Shown here piece by piece: positions 9,255-18,829 of a DNA stretch of 55,905 nucleotides. The notes beneath the pieces were generated by a model. That model ran no database searches and had not been told where the DNA came from. It saw only the letters and a program-made list of their open reading frames with translations. The position numbers and the translations under genes were made by a program. Where the stretch lies: IMG/VR virus record IMGVR_UViG_3300020187_003844, positions 1 to 55,905 of that record; one strand, 5' to 3'. The first letter of the stretch is position 1; each line of letters starts with the position of its first letter. The stretch is from a virus. Its lineage: Duplodnaviria; Caudoviricetes.

Positions 9255-9734
9255 TTAATCGCGATGAATTGAAATATCTAGAAAATTTCCTGTTTCCAAA
9301 ACTCTATCTGAAAATGCCACACTAAATCCTGTTGTTGAAACATTAAAAGTTGAATAACTGTAAAAGAACTCTGAGTTTTCATCTACCCTCATCGATACAT
9401 TGACTTGTGGAGCCGTAGGATAGCTTGTTGTATCACCAATGTCAGAATAATTATAGGATAATGTATCCACGCCAGTTGGAATATCCAATGATGCAGAAAA
9501 GGTTCTTTGAGCATTAATTGCGTCACTTAAAGTTTCACCAAGTCTGCGAATTTTTACCCAGTCAGTAGTATTGTTTTCTCCAGTTTTTTCATAAATATCA
9601 TTCGTTTCAGAATCGATATAGTGAGAACCTACAATACCCGCAGCTTTCGAGCTTCCAGACGGAGGACCCGCGTCTGTAATCAGAGGCTTTCTTATGCCTA
9701 AATTGGCATTAACGAAAGTTTCGAACGCGCCCAT
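9255..9734 (-). CDS. Putative virion structural/accessory protein with C-terminal beta-sandwich (H-lectin-like) module
   Basis: 159 aa directly downstream of portal; the C-terminal P.V.VS...NVSTTGFSVAFS module recurs in ORFs 32368-33408 and 44087-44884. Confidence 0.5.
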   Translation of the reverse strand: MGAFETFVNANLGIRKPLITDAGPPSGSSKAAGIVGSHYIDSETNDIYEKTGENNTTDWVKIRRLGETLSDAINAQRTFSASLDIPTGVDTLSYNYSDIGDTTSYPTAPQVNVSMRVDENSEFFYSYSTFNVSTTGFSVAFSDRVLETGNFLDISIHRD

Positions 9735-9737
9735 CGA

Positions 9738-11723
9738 TTATCCCTTTCTGTTACTGTGAAACAAAAGCGCTGCAGAATATAAATCCAAATCGTGATCAAG
9801 CGATAAATTTTGAATTTCATTCATTGCGTTCAGTTGCTCAATACAATCTGGATCGTTTATGCAATTTATTAATTTTTCAGGCCAATCAGATTCAGAAGAT
9901 GCGAGTACCACCGATTCGCACAACTCATCAATCATTGATTTTTCAGCTTTCTTTAATTTTGTTTTTTTGAGTTTCTTGCGCATTTGTTTGTAACCTTCAT
10001 TTCTCAACTCTTCTGTAGCATATATAATTTGTTGAAGGTTTTTGCGTGAAAATAATTCTTTCGCAGAGGATTGCTTTTCTTGAGGAACGCCAGATGTACC
10101 AACAGGCCTACCGACTTCTCGCTTGACTTGTTGAACTTCTTCCTCATCGCTAGTTTCTGGTGTGATCATGGGAACTCCACCAACAATAGGGTTATACATT
10201 CCTTCCTTGCGTTGCTCAATATATTTTTCTTGAGCAGGTTGCATGTCTGCAGGCTTAGGGTATGAACCTTTTTCTAGCACATCCATACCTTGCTCAGGAG
10301 TAATGATTCCAAGTTCCATCAGTCGAGTAGCAACTCTTTGAAGTTGCACCTCGTCTTTAATATCAGTCTGCTCAAATTTTACGGTTGGATACTTCCTAAA
10401 CCCAAGGTTTTGACAAACCATCTTAACCTGAGGTTGCAAAAAGTCATGTATAAATGCATTGCGAGATTCCTCGAGGCGCTCTAAAAAGATCTTTGCTTTA
10501 ACTTGTGTGTTACTATAACGCTCGTCACCAACAATAACATTCTGCAAACCTTCTTTAATATCGTTATTGATTACCTCGTACTTGGAAGGCCCAACAACTT
10601 TACCAATATCAGGAATAACAAACTGAGCTTTAGTTGTATAATCACTAACAAGTACGCGACCAACACTTTCATTCTTAAAAAGGTTTTGCATTGCCTCCAT
10701 GTTTCTTGGATTAATACCTCCCTTATCTGGCTCGGCGCCCATCGTGATCAATAATATAACATTCTCAATTGTGCGACATATAGCTTGGTCAATTTGTTTT
10801 AATTCTAATTTAAAATTGATATCGTCAAGAACGGGGTATCCAAATGGAATAGCAAATGGTTCGTAGTCTTGTTTTTTATAAAATGAATATACAAGATGTC
10901 CTGGATCTAGTTTAATGCGAATTCCATCGCTATTGTATTTTCCTGTTTGGATTTTTTCTTTTATATCATTATCCAACGCCTCGTATACTTGTTGATCGTA
11001 CTCGGTTTTTGGATTCTTTAGTCTTTCGATATCATATTCGCTCAAGATTTTCTCGTACAAACCGGTTTCAAAAGAAGATCCCTTTGTGGCAACCACATCA
11101 TAAGGATTCAATAAAATGTATTTTACAGGAAGCTTTCCGGGCTTGAGAGCAAGAGTTGAACCATAAACTTTTGAAAGTTTATCAAAGTCAGATTGAGAAA
11201 ACTGTCCATCAACACGATACATGAAAATATTTCCACTTCTATAATATTCACGAAAATATTGATCCTTAAGGTTCCAGAGGTTAATTCTCTCAAACCATTT
11301 ATAAACAAAGTCTCTTGAGTTCTGAGTTCCACCCTCAAGATATATATTAGAGTTTGCAAACTCTGACATCACATCAATTGCATTTCTGAATACTGAAATA
11401 TTTGCGTATGCTTTTTGGCAAAGCTCGATAGTATCACGAACGTTTACTCCATCACTTCCATATACATATGGTAACATTCCGCTAGAAATATTAGAAAATC
11501 TGTGTTTTTTATCAGATTTATGCGCTGCATTGCGTCTCGAAACAAATTCCTCTGATCCAGATTTCGTTCGACCATAAGCGGCCTGGGACTCGATATAATA
11601 AGGCTCGCCCGCCGATGACGGCCCAACCATTGAAGAATCAACAAAGTCTCTCAAATCTTGAGGTTCACTTTTGTTGAATTTCTGCCAATAATCAGAGCGC
11701 TTGACGTATTTTCTTTTGCTCAT
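9738..11723 (-). CDS. Portal protein (putative)
   Basis: 661 aa; VFRNAIDVMSEFAN, REYYRSGNIF, ILLNPYDV, KKQDYEPFAIP and a C-terminal GRP motif fit large-phage portals; no other portal candidate in the window. Confidence 0.7.
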   Translation of the reverse strand: MSKRKYVKRSDYWQKFNKSEPQDLRDFVDSSMVGPSSAGEPYYIESQAAYGRTKSGSEEFVSRRNAAHKSDKKHRFSNISSGMLPYVYGSDGVNVRDTIELCQKAYANISVFRNAIDVMSEFANSNIYLEGGTQNSRDFVYKWFERINLWNLKDQYFREYYRSGNIFMYRVDGQFSQSDFDKLSKVYGSTLALKPGKLPVKYILLNPYDVVATKGSSFETGLYEKILSEYDIERLKNPKTEYDQQVYEALDNDIKEKIQTGKYNSDGIRIKLDPGHLVYSFYKKQDYEPFAIPFGYPVLDDINFKLELKQIDQAICRTIENVILLITMGAEPDKGGINPRNMEAMQNLFKNESVGRVLVSDYTTKAQFVIPDIGKVVGPSKYEVINNDIKEGLQNVIVGDERYSNTQVKAKIFLERLEESRNAFIHDFLQPQVKMVCQNLGFRKYPTVKFEQTDIKDEVQLQRVATRLMELGIITPEQGMDVLEKGSYPKPADMQPAQEKYIEQRKEGMYNPIVGGVPMITPETSDEEEVQQVKREVGRPVGTSGVPQEKQSSAKELFSRKNLQQIIYATEELRNEGYKQMRKKLKKTKLKKAEKSMIDELCESVVLASSESDWPEKLINCINDPDCIEQLNAMNEIQNLSLDHDLDLYSAALLFHSNRKG

Positions 11724-11732
11724 TCATTATGG

Positions 11733-11737
11733 TACAC
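11733..11737 (-). promoter_or_regulatory. GTGTA putative phage promoter element (portal)
   Basis: GTGTACCATAATGA-ATG, 9 nt gap. Confidence 0.65.
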
Positions 11738-11738
11738 A

Positions 11739-11786
11739 AAAGTTAAAGTAAAGTCTAACAAAAGTTAAAAGTTAACTTTGGACTTT
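11739..11786. repeat. Cluster of seven AAAGT pentamers (5 direct, 2 inverted) including the palindrome AAAGTTAACTTT
   Basis: AAAGT at 11739, 11745, 11750, 11761, 11768; ACTTT at 11775, 11782; lies between divergent genes. Confidence 0.6.
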
Positions 11787-11802
11787 CACATTTTAACTAT
11801 AT

Positions 11803-11807
11803 GTGTA
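11803..11807 (+). promoter_or_regulatory. GTGTA putative phage promoter element
   Basis: 11 nt upstream of ATG 11819; divergent from the portal motif. Confidence 0.6.
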
Positions 11808-11818
11808 TATAATATATT

Positions 11819-11998
11819 ATGCCTAACGAAAAACACAGAAAATGTCTAGTCATGACAGAACACGGAGAAATTAAAGGTACCATTGTGAATGAGTATGAAG
11901 AAATTGGCGGACCAGATGATGGAGCTATTTTCGCGATTATTGATCTTGATAACGGTCAAACGATTACAGTGAAGATGTCAGAAATTTTTGAACAATAA
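11819..11998 (+). CDS. Small hypothetical protein (59 aa, beta-rich, SH3-barrel-like pattern)
   Basis: Below the ORF-track length cutoff: MPNEKHRKCLVMTEHGEIKGTIVNEYEEIGGPDDGAIFAIIDLDNGQTITVKMSEIFEQ; fills the gap and has an upstream GTGTA. Confidence 0.7.
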   Translation: MPNEKHRKCLVMTEHGEIKGTIVNEYEEIGGPDDGAIFAIIDLDNGQTITVKMSEIFEQ

Positions 11999-12000
11999 AA

Positions 12001-12005
12001 GTGTA
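12001..12005 (+). promoter_or_regulatory. GTGTA putative phage promoter element
   Basis: GTGTAATATAATTACC-ATG, 11 nt gap to 12017. Confidence 0.6.
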
Positions 12006-12016
12006 ATATAATTACC

Positions 12017-13000
12017 ATGAGTGATCATACAGAAGATTCTAATTTTAGATACAGTAACGACAATCGAGACTTTACTCCCGGACAATTTGATTATCCATCT
12101 CAACAAGAAGTAAATCCTAGTGCAATAAAAGGTGCTCGCGATTTTTACTCAAACGACAACGGAGGATATTACGCAAACTCAAACAGAGAAGATATTTCAA
12201 CAGTAGATCCTGTCAACAAAAAACAACCACCCAATTCAAATGTCAAAATTGATGCAAGACCTTGGACACCAAGCGAAATATCTACAAAATTCTGGTATGA
12301 CGCGGCGGACCTATCAACCATAACCTCTTCTTCAAATGTTATTAGCCAAGTAGATGATAAATCGGGAAATGACATTCACCTAAATGTAATCACTGGAGGA
12401 AAAATAGGTCCCAAAACAGGAATTGCTTCACTCAATGGGTTAAATGTTTTTTGCTGGGACACCTCAGATCAAATTCTTGAAAATAATACCCTCTTTCATG
12501 ATCAAGCAAATGTGCCATTATTTTTGGCTATAATTTTTAAAGCTGACACAGATTCTCTTCAAGACTTTTTGCTAGCAGGTACTGAATCTGCAGCCGCAGG
12601 AAAACGAATGTCTGTTCGAAGATTGCACAACAGTAATAGAATTCAAATTATAGGTGGGAGTAATACAGGATCAAACATAATATTAAGTTCTGACACAAAC
12701 ACCGCCCCAGAAGGTAAAGAACTTATACTACTAACTAAGATGAACTCTACCTCGTCCACTATTAGGTTAAACGGTCAAGTAGAAAAAATCGGAAACATAG
12801 GAACAAATCCATTAGACTCACTAAACATAGGAGGTAACGCCCTTGAATCATCAAATATAAAAGGTTATATTGCTGAAATTATTTCATTTATAGATCCCAA
12901 TCAACAAACAATCGTAGAAGGTTATCTTGCTCACAAATGGGGACTGCAAACAAAACTGCCCGATTCGCATTCATATAAAAATTCTGAACCTGTAATTTAA
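12017..13000 (+). CDS. Putative virion carbohydrate-binding protein (LamG/concanavalin-like jelly roll)
   Basis: WTPS...FWYDAAD...VSQ/ISQVDDKSGN...NGLN...GYIAEII...VEGYLAHKWGL...LPDSHSYK, a pattern typical of phage LamG-like fibre domains. Confidence 0.6.
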   Translation: MSDHTEDSNFRYSNDNRDFTPGQFDYPSQQEVNPSAIKGARDFYSNDNGGYYANSNREDISTVDPVNKKQPPNSNVKIDARPWTPSEISTKFWYDAADLSTITSSSNVISQVDDKSGNDIHLNVITGGKIGPKTGIASLNGLNVFCWDTSDQILENNTLFHDQANVPLFLAIIFKADTDSLQDFLLAGTESAAAGKRMSVRRLHNSNRIQIIGGSNTGSNIILSSDTNTAPEGKELILLTKMNSTSSTIRLNGQVEKIGNIGTNPLDSLNIGGNALESSNIKGYIAEIISFIDPNQQTIVEGYLAHKWGLQTKLPDSHSYKNSEPVI

Positions 13001-13001
13001 A

Positions 13002-15119
13002 ATGATTTTCGCCATACTCACATTAGTGTCTGCGCTTAGCATCTCTGTTATTGCCGCATATTTTAGTATCATTGGACTTGCCACAATTTTTCCTGGATCA
13101 ATTGAAGCTGTTATAGCCATGGGCGCTGCGCTCGAAATTGGTAAGATTGTTGCTGCAATATGGTTGCACAAAAACTGGAAAAGTGCGCCGACCACTTTAA
13201 AGATATATCTTTTTTCTGCAATTCTTGTTTTAATGGGAATTACAAGCATGGGAATATTTGGCTTCTTGAGCAAGTCTCACATTGAGCACGAACAAAACGC
13301 CGAAAAAGCATCGGCTCTTGTTTCCCAAGTAGAAACAAAAATCAATCGCGAGCAAGAATATATCGCTCGACAAAAAGAATTAATCCAACAAAACGAAGAT
13401 AAAAATAAAAATCGTAGTGATAAAAGCACAGAGAATATAGATCTTGAGCAAAAGAAAATAGATCAACTCACAGCTCAGCTTGAAAAAGACATCTCTCTAG
13501 ATAGTAAAATGCTTGCGCCAATTCAAGATAGAATCAATCAACTCAATGAAGAATTCAACGCGGTACAAAACAAACCTGGAGGATTATTCTCAAACAAAAA
13601 GAAAGACGTAGAAAACAAAGTTGCCGAACAAGCGTTAGAGCGCGAAGAGCTTGCTGCAAAGAAAAAGGATATCGAGGACCGCATATCAAAATACAGAAAC
13701 GAAACATCAACACTTATATCAGGCATTCGAAAACGTATACAAGAATACCAAAACATAGGATTCGAAAAACCAGAGAACGTAGAACAAAAAATAGAACAAT
13801 TAAATAAAAACATTGCTACTGCACTTGATAGAATAGATGAATTGGAACGACAAAAATTCGATCTTGATGATGGATCGCGCCAATTGGAAGCAGAAGTTGG
13901 ACCAGTCAAATATGTTGCCGAATTGATTGCAGACTTTACAGGTATGGAATTTGATACGGGTAAGGCTGTAAGAATGGTAATAATTATATTGATTTTTGTT
14001 TTTGACCCACTGGCAGTACTTTTGGTTCTTGCCGCACACATTAGTTTGAGCAAAAGATTCCCTAAAGCAATGCAAGATGAATCAATTGTTTTTGAAAAGA
14101 TTGCAGAGATGGAACTTCAAAGCAAAGCTATCAATCAAGAAGAGCTTGATCTTGAAGAGCGCAAAAAAGATATCGAGCAAGAGAGGAAGATGATCGAGCT
14201 GAATGAAAATCAAATCAAAAAATATCAACAAGAAATTTCAGACAGCAAAGAAACATTACGTAAACTAAAATTAGAAGCACAAAAACAATTACTTGAACAA
14301 GAAGACACAAGTTCCATCACTGCAGAACTTGAACAGTTGATAAGTCAAAAACAAATTGCAGAAGATGAAATACAAGAAATAAAAATACAAAAAAATAAAA
14401 TACTCAGCAAAGCCGACGAAACAATAAAAAGCGCGCGCGAAATTAAACAAGTTCTCGGCAATCATAAAGAAAATAAAGAAAAAATAGAAGAGCTAAAATC
14501 TGAAATATGCATAAACATAAAACAATTCGAGAAATTAAAATATCAGATACAAGCGCTCGAAGCAACAAATAAAGATCTTGATTCTCGCCGCGAAAACCTT
14601 GAGTCCTCAACCGCAAACTTAGAATCTCAAACTGCTGAACTAGAATCTGAAAAAGCTGAATTGCTAAATGCAAACTCTGACCTTGAATCACTTGTTGCAA
14701 AACTTGAAGCTGAAAATGAAGAGTTTCGCAACACTCCAATTCCAGATCCAAACCCAGAACTTAAAAACAAAATCACACAACTCATTGACCAAAAGAATGA
14801 ACTGCTTGAAGAAAATCTTAACATCAAGAATCAAAAACTTTTCGCAGTACAAATACATTCTATTGATAATAAACACTTTGAATTAATAATACCTTCTTCT
14901 ATTAGTGGAAAACATATATTTCAAAAAGAAGATGATTATACACAAGATCAAATAAGTAAATTTATTACATTAAGCGGTCAAATTGACAAAGAGTGCCCTG
15001 ATCGTGACAAACAACAACTTGAAGCAACATACAATAAAAAAATAACATCTATAATTGATTCAAGAATGAGCAACAGGGACTATCGAAAACATCGCCCTAA
15101 TTATTTGTTTTCTGCTTGA
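13002..15119 (+). CDS. Membrane-anchored long coiled-coil protein
   Basis: Three N-terminal hydrophobic segments, a coiled coil, EAEVGPVKY...IIILIFVFDPLAVLLVLA transmembrane segment, then a long heptad-rich tail. Confidence 0.65.
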   Translation: MIFAILTLVSALSISVIAAYFSIIGLATIFPGSIEAVIAMGAALEIGKIVAAIWLHKNWKSAPTTLKIYLFSAILVLMGITSMGIFGFLSKSHIEHEQNAEKASALVSQVETKINREQEYIARQKELIQQNEDKNKNRSDKSTENIDLEQKKIDQLTAQLEKDISLDSKMLAPIQDRINQLNEEFNAVQNKPGGLFSNKKKDVENKVAEQALEREELAAKKKDIEDRISKYRNETSTLISGIRKRIQEYQNIGFEKPENVEQKIEQLNKNIATALDRIDELERQKFDLDDGSRQLEAEVGPVKYVAELIADFTGMEFDTGKAVRMVIIILIFVFDPLAVLLVLAAHISLSKRFPKAMQDESIVFEKIAEMELQSKAINQEELDLEERKKDIEQERKMIELNENQIKKYQQEISDSKETLRKLKLEAQKQLLEQEDTSSITAELEQLISQKQIAEDEIQEIKIQKNKILSKADETIKSAREIKQVLGNHKENKEKIEELKSEICINIKQFEKLKYQIQALEATNKDLDSRRENLESSTANLESQTAELESEKAELLNANSDLESLVAKLEAENEEFRNTPIPDPNPELKNKITQLIDQKNELLEENLNIKNQKLFAVQIHSIDNKHFELIIPSSISGKHIFQKEDDYTQDQISKFITLSGQIDKECPDRDKQQLEATYNKKITSIIDSRMSNRDYRKHRPNYLFSA

Positions 15120-15144
15120 CATTAATAACAAAATAGGTTAAGCT
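15116..15144 (+). promoter_or_regulatory. Sigma70-type promoter (recA operon)
   Basis: TTGACA-17-TAAGCT; GTG start 7 nt after the -10 box. Confidence 0.7.
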
Positions 15145-15150
15145 AGTTGA

Positions 15151-15489
15151 GTGAAAAAACTCAACAAACGAGATTTAATCAAAAAACTAGTTGTCGAACC
15201 AGACAAGCAAAAGCGTATGTTTTGGGCGCGCGAAATGAAGTTGCTTAACGACCTACTTGACATGTTTCCGAACATAGAATTTTGGCAGCGAATGACAATC
15301 GACAAGGTTGCTTCTCTTGCTATGTTACGATCAGGATTTGGTCTAGAACGAATCAAAAAGAAATACCGAGAATTCAATTATAAAATTCCACCCAAGATAG
15401 AGATACCTCTGGGAGAAAAAACAGGAGAAGATAAAATCTTCTCGAAAAAACCTAAAACAATACGACAATTCATAGATGAGCAAAACTAA
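15151..15489 (+). CDS. Hypothetical basic protein
   Basis: 112 aa GTG-start ORF behind a promoter, overlapping the recA start. Confidence 0.65.
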   Translation: MKKLNKRDLIKKLVVEPDKQKRMFWAREMKLLNDLLDMFPNIEFWQRMTIDKVASLAMLRSGFGLERIKKKYREFNYKIPPKIEIPLGEKTGEDKIFSKKPKTIRQFIDEQN

Positions 15490-16582
15490 AGAAATACAAA
15501 CAACAGATCAGATCGCAAAGTTTTTGTCCGACAAAGACAACAAAAAATACCATTACAATTTTCACGAAAGTGAAGATTATAAGATACCAAGTGGAAGCTT
15601 GAATTTGGATATTGCACTTGGAGGTGGACTACCAAGTGGAGCGCACCGATTTACAGGAATTAATGAAGGGGGTAAAACGAGTTGCGCTATGGCGTTCGCT
15701 AGAAATTTCCAAAAACATTTTGGAAAAAAAGGTATGATTATTTACATTAAAAGCGAGGGTCGTTTTAGTCCAGAAATGATTGAGCGGTCAGGAATTGACA
15801 CTGACCCCGAAAAGTTCTTTTGCTTTGATTGTAATATTTTCGAAAAAGTGTTTGAATTGATTCGTGAACTTGTTTTTCAAAATGAAGACGATAAAAGATA
15901 TATGTTTATAGTCGACAGTGTTGACGCGCTATGCAGAGTTGGAGATATAGACAAACCGTTTGCTGAATCTGAGCAGGTTGCAGGTGGAGCTTTAATTACT
16001 TCGGTCTTCTTGAAGAAAATGGTACTACCTATTACAAAAATGGGGCACACAATGATCCTTACAAGCCAAGTACGGGTCGAGGTTGCTACTAATCCATATG
16101 CCGCTAGAGGTGGACCAAAAGTAAAACAAGCAGGTGGAAACGCAATCAAGCATTACGCCAATTTCATTCTTGAATTTGAAGAGCGGTATAATTCAGATTT
16201 AATTTTTAAAAACCCAACCGCAACCAAGCTTGACGAAAAGGGAGAGCCAATTGGGCATTATTGTAAAATCAAATTTCGTAAAACAGTTAACGAAAAAACT
16301 GGATCAACAGCAAGGTACCCAATTAAGTACGGACAAAAAAACGGAAAGTCTGTGTGGAGGGCAAGGGAAATACTTGACATGCTTTACCTATTTAATCTTA
16401 TTGAAAAGAAAGGTGCCTGGATATCTGTATCTGAAGATTTAATAAAAGAACTATCGGATAAAAAATTAGAGATTAATGAAAAATTTCAAGGAGAACAGAG
16501 GCTCATTGACTTCCTAGAGGGAAACGAAAAACTTTCAAACTTTCTTTACGAGGATTTCAAAAAGCTAACCAATGCGCTTTAA
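15476..16582 (+). CDS. recA: RecA/UvsX-like recombinase
   Basis: IPSGSLNLDIALGGGLPSG, Walker A GINEGGKTS, IVDSVDAL, SQVR, GGNAIKHYA, KKGAWI. Confidence 0.92.
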   Translation: MSKTKEIQTTDQIAKFLSDKDNKKYHYNFHESEDYKIPSGSLNLDIALGGGLPSGAHRFTGINEGGKTSCAMAFARNFQKHFGKKGMIIYIKSEGRFSPEMIERSGIDTDPEKFFCFDCNIFEKVFELIRELVFQNEDDKRYMFIVDSVDALCRVGDIDKPFAESEQVAGGALITSVFLKKMVLPITKMGHTMILTSQVRVEVATNPYAARGGPKVKQAGGNAIKHYANFILEFEERYNSDLIFKNPTATKLDEKGEPIGHYCKIKFRKTVNEKTGSTARYPIKYGQKNGKSVWRAREILDMLYLFNLIEKKGAWISVSEDLIKELSDKKLEINEKFQGEQRLIDFLEGNEKLSNFLYEDFKKLTNAL

Positions 16583-16982
16583 AACCTTAATGGGTGCAAC
16601 CCGCACCGTTAAAAAAGCAAAAAAATATTTGATTGACTGGGATGGTAAAAGTCGCAGTAAAATACAGTACAGCGCAAAGCAATTCTTAAAAAAATACTGG
16701 AGCAATCACATTGTGTTTGAAGAATTTCCTGTTGCAGGAACTAGGCTATCCCTAGATTTCTACAATGCTAATAAAAAAGTGGCAATTGAAGTCCAAGGTA
16801 GACAGCATACCAAATATGTTCCATTCTTTCATGGAAAAAATAAAATCAATTACATAAATCAATTAAGGAGAGATCAGGACAAATTAAAATTCTGCGAATT
16901 GAATGACATACAGCTTGTAGAAATTTATGATGGAGATGAAGTTAATGAAAAACTTTTTGAAAGTTTTGGTGTTATTTTGTAG
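16572..16982 (+). CDS. Vsr/DUF559-like PD-(D/E)XK endonuclease
   Basis: LSLDFY...VAIEVQGRQH...RRDQDKLKFCELNDIQLVEI. Confidence 0.75.
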   Translation: MRFKTLMGATRTVKKAKKYLIDWDGKSRSKIQYSAKQFLKKYWSNHIVFEEFPVAGTRLSLDFYNANKKVAIEVQGRQHTKYVPFFHGKNKINYINQLRRDQDKLKFCELNDIQLVEIYDGDEVNEKLFESFGVIL

Positions 16983-16985
16983 TTG

Positions 16986-16990
16986 GTGTA
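16986..16990 (+). promoter_or_regulatory. GTGTA putative phage promoter element
   Basis: 9 nt upstream of ATG 17000. Confidence 0.6.
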
Positions 16991-16999
16991 ATATATAAT

Positions 17000-17281
17000 A
17001 TGAACGATGATTTTATTGATCCCGAAAACTTGGGAAACTTTCAGTTGCCAGAAAATATGATTAATCAATTGTTTGAATTCACAGGCTCCACAAACGGAGA
17101 TAGTGGATTCATTCTTTCTTTTGTCAATCAGCAAGGTTTGCCATCAGTTATTACAAAAGCCACGTCTCCAATTGTAGAGATGGGTTTGCGCAAAGCTCTC
17201 GAACAATACCTTGAGCAAGTTTCGGCTCAAGAAATCGAGCTTAATTTCCCAAAAGATTTTGGTGACGAAGAAACCCCTTGA
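17000..17281 (+). CDS. Hypothetical acidic protein
   Basis: 93 aa ORF filling the gap between the nuclease and helicase genes. Confidence 0.65.
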   Translation: MNDDFIDPENLGNFQLPENMINQLFEFTGSTNGDSGFILSFVNQQGLPSVITKATSPIVEMGLRKALEQYLEQVSAQEIELNFPKDFGDEETP

Positions 17282-17306
17282 CTTTTAAGCGGGTTTCTGA
17301 TAAGAT
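17278..17306 (+). promoter_or_regulatory. Sigma70-type promoter with extended -10 (dnaB)
   Basis: TTGACT-17-TAAGAT preceded by TG-N; ATG 7 nt after the -10 box. Confidence 0.7.
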
Positions 17307-17312
17307 GTAGGA

Positions 17313-18827
17313 ATGGTTTATTCTTACGAACTCGAACAACATTTAATTGCAGGGCTAATAAAGCATCCAGAGAGTTATCCTCTAGTCGCTGCATTCATAG
17401 ATCAAAATGATTTTTTTGATAAAAACACTATTGTAAATAGAACGATATTCTGCGTCTTAAGGCAGGCCCTAGAAGCAGGAGATGCGCTGGATGAAGTTTT
17501 ATTATCTCAACGAGTGCAATCACTCAACATATCCTTTGAGGATAATATAAATATTGCTGATTACATCAAGGCATTATCTATGCGTCAAATCTCGAAAGAT
17601 GGTGTATTAAAAGCAGCGCAAGAATTAAAAAAGATAACTGTTCGCCGCGAAATACACGATTCATCTATTGAAGTAGCGAAGAACATGAAAAGCCTAGCCT
17701 CTAGCGCCACCTTTGATGATATTGTAAGTGAGGCAGATAAAATATACAATGACAAAGTAAACCTGTATGAGATTGGCTCGAATAAGCCCGAAAACTTATT
17801 TGATGATATGGAAGACTTTATCGAAGAAAGAGGTAATAATCCAGTTGATCAATTCGGACTCATGGGTCCACACGAAAGAGTCAATGAACTATATGGCTCT
17901 CTTCTTCGTCCAGGAAATATAACGGTTGTTGTTGCTCGTGCAGGTGTTGGTAAAACACAGTTCTGTATGGACTTTTGTACAAAAGTGTCTTCAATAAATA
18001 ATAATGTTCCAATTCTACATTTTGATAATGGAGAAATGAGCAAAGAAGAACTAATTGTCAGGCAATGTTCTGCACTTTCTGGTGTCCCAATGCACCTCCT
18101 TGAGACCGGAAGGTGGAGACAGGCTGGTCAAGAGATTGTTGACAAGGTTAGATCAACATGGAGTCGCGTAAAAGAATTTAAATTTTACTATTATAATGTA
18201 GCTGGTCATAGTATTGATAGCATGTTGAATATAATTAGAAGATTTTATTACTCAGAAGTTGGCCGAGGAAAACCCATGATATTTAGTTTTGACTATATTA
18301 AAACAACATATGAACGACAAAATGGTGCAAGCAGCTGGGAAACGGTTGGTAGAATGGTTGACAAATTCAAACAATTGATTCAGAAAGAATTATGCTTTAA
18401 TGGTGCGCCAACAGTAGCAATGCTTACAAGTGTTCAAAGTAATCGCCTCGGAATCACAAACAATCGAAGTTCTGACAATGTAGTGGATGATGAAAGCATT
18501 GTTTCTCTCTCTGACCAAATCACGCAGTTTTGCTCACACTTGTTTTTGCTTCGACAAAAAACAATGGATGAAATCCAAGAAGAGCCTGAAGGTTTTGGAA
18601 CTCACAAATTGATTTGTTTGAAATATCGCTGGCTTGGTCAAGATGTTCACAGAGCCCTTCAACCCGTCGAAATGCCGGACGGAAGCAAGCGTAAAAACTA
18701 TCTCAATTTACACATGGAAAACTTTAGCATTCAAGAAAGAGGAGATCTGGTTGATATGGTAGAGCACATGGACTCCGAAGGAGTTGGAATACTAGAAGAT
18801 ATGCGAGACGAAGTTCCAAACTTATAA
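17313..18827 (+). CDS. dnaB: Replicative DNA helicase, DnaB family
   Basis: N-terminal ELEQHLIAGLI; Walker A ARAGVGKT; NGEMS; FDYI; VQSNR; SDQITQ. Confidence 0.9.
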   Translation: MVYSYELEQHLIAGLIKHPESYPLVAAFIDQNDFFDKNTIVNRTIFCVLRQALEAGDALDEVLLSQRVQSLNISFEDNINIADYIKALSMRQISKDGVLKAAQELKKITVRREIHDSSIEVAKNMKSLASSATFDDIVSEADKIYNDKVNLYEIGSNKPENLFDDMEDFIEERGNNPVDQFGLMGPHERVNELYGSLLRPGNITVVVARAGVGKTQFCMDFCTKVSSINNNVPILHFDNGEMSKEELIVRQCSALSGVPMHLLETGRWRQAGQEIVDKVRSTWSRVKEFKFYYYNVAGHSIDSMLNIIRRFYYSEVGRGKPMIFSFDYIKTTYERQNGASSWETVGRMVDKFKQLIQKELCFNGAPTVAMLTSVQSNRLGITNNRSSDNVVDDESIVSLSDQITQFCSHLFLLRQKTMDEIQEEPEGFGTHKLICLKYRWLGQDVHRALQPVEMPDGSKRKNYLNLHMENFSIQERGDLVDMVEHMDSEGVGILEDMRDEVPNL

Positions 18828-18829
18828 GT

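Noticed and set aside
14590-14720. Heptad-periodic stretch (NLESSTA/NLESQTA/ELESEKA) as a possible DNA tandem repeat
   Set aside because: Repeats are degenerate at the DNA level and are explained by coiled-coil coding.
13538-14886. Several antisense and alternate-frame ORFs within the coiled-coil gene
   Set aside because: Ser/Phe/Leu-rich mirror translations of a Glu/Lys-rich gene; no start signals.
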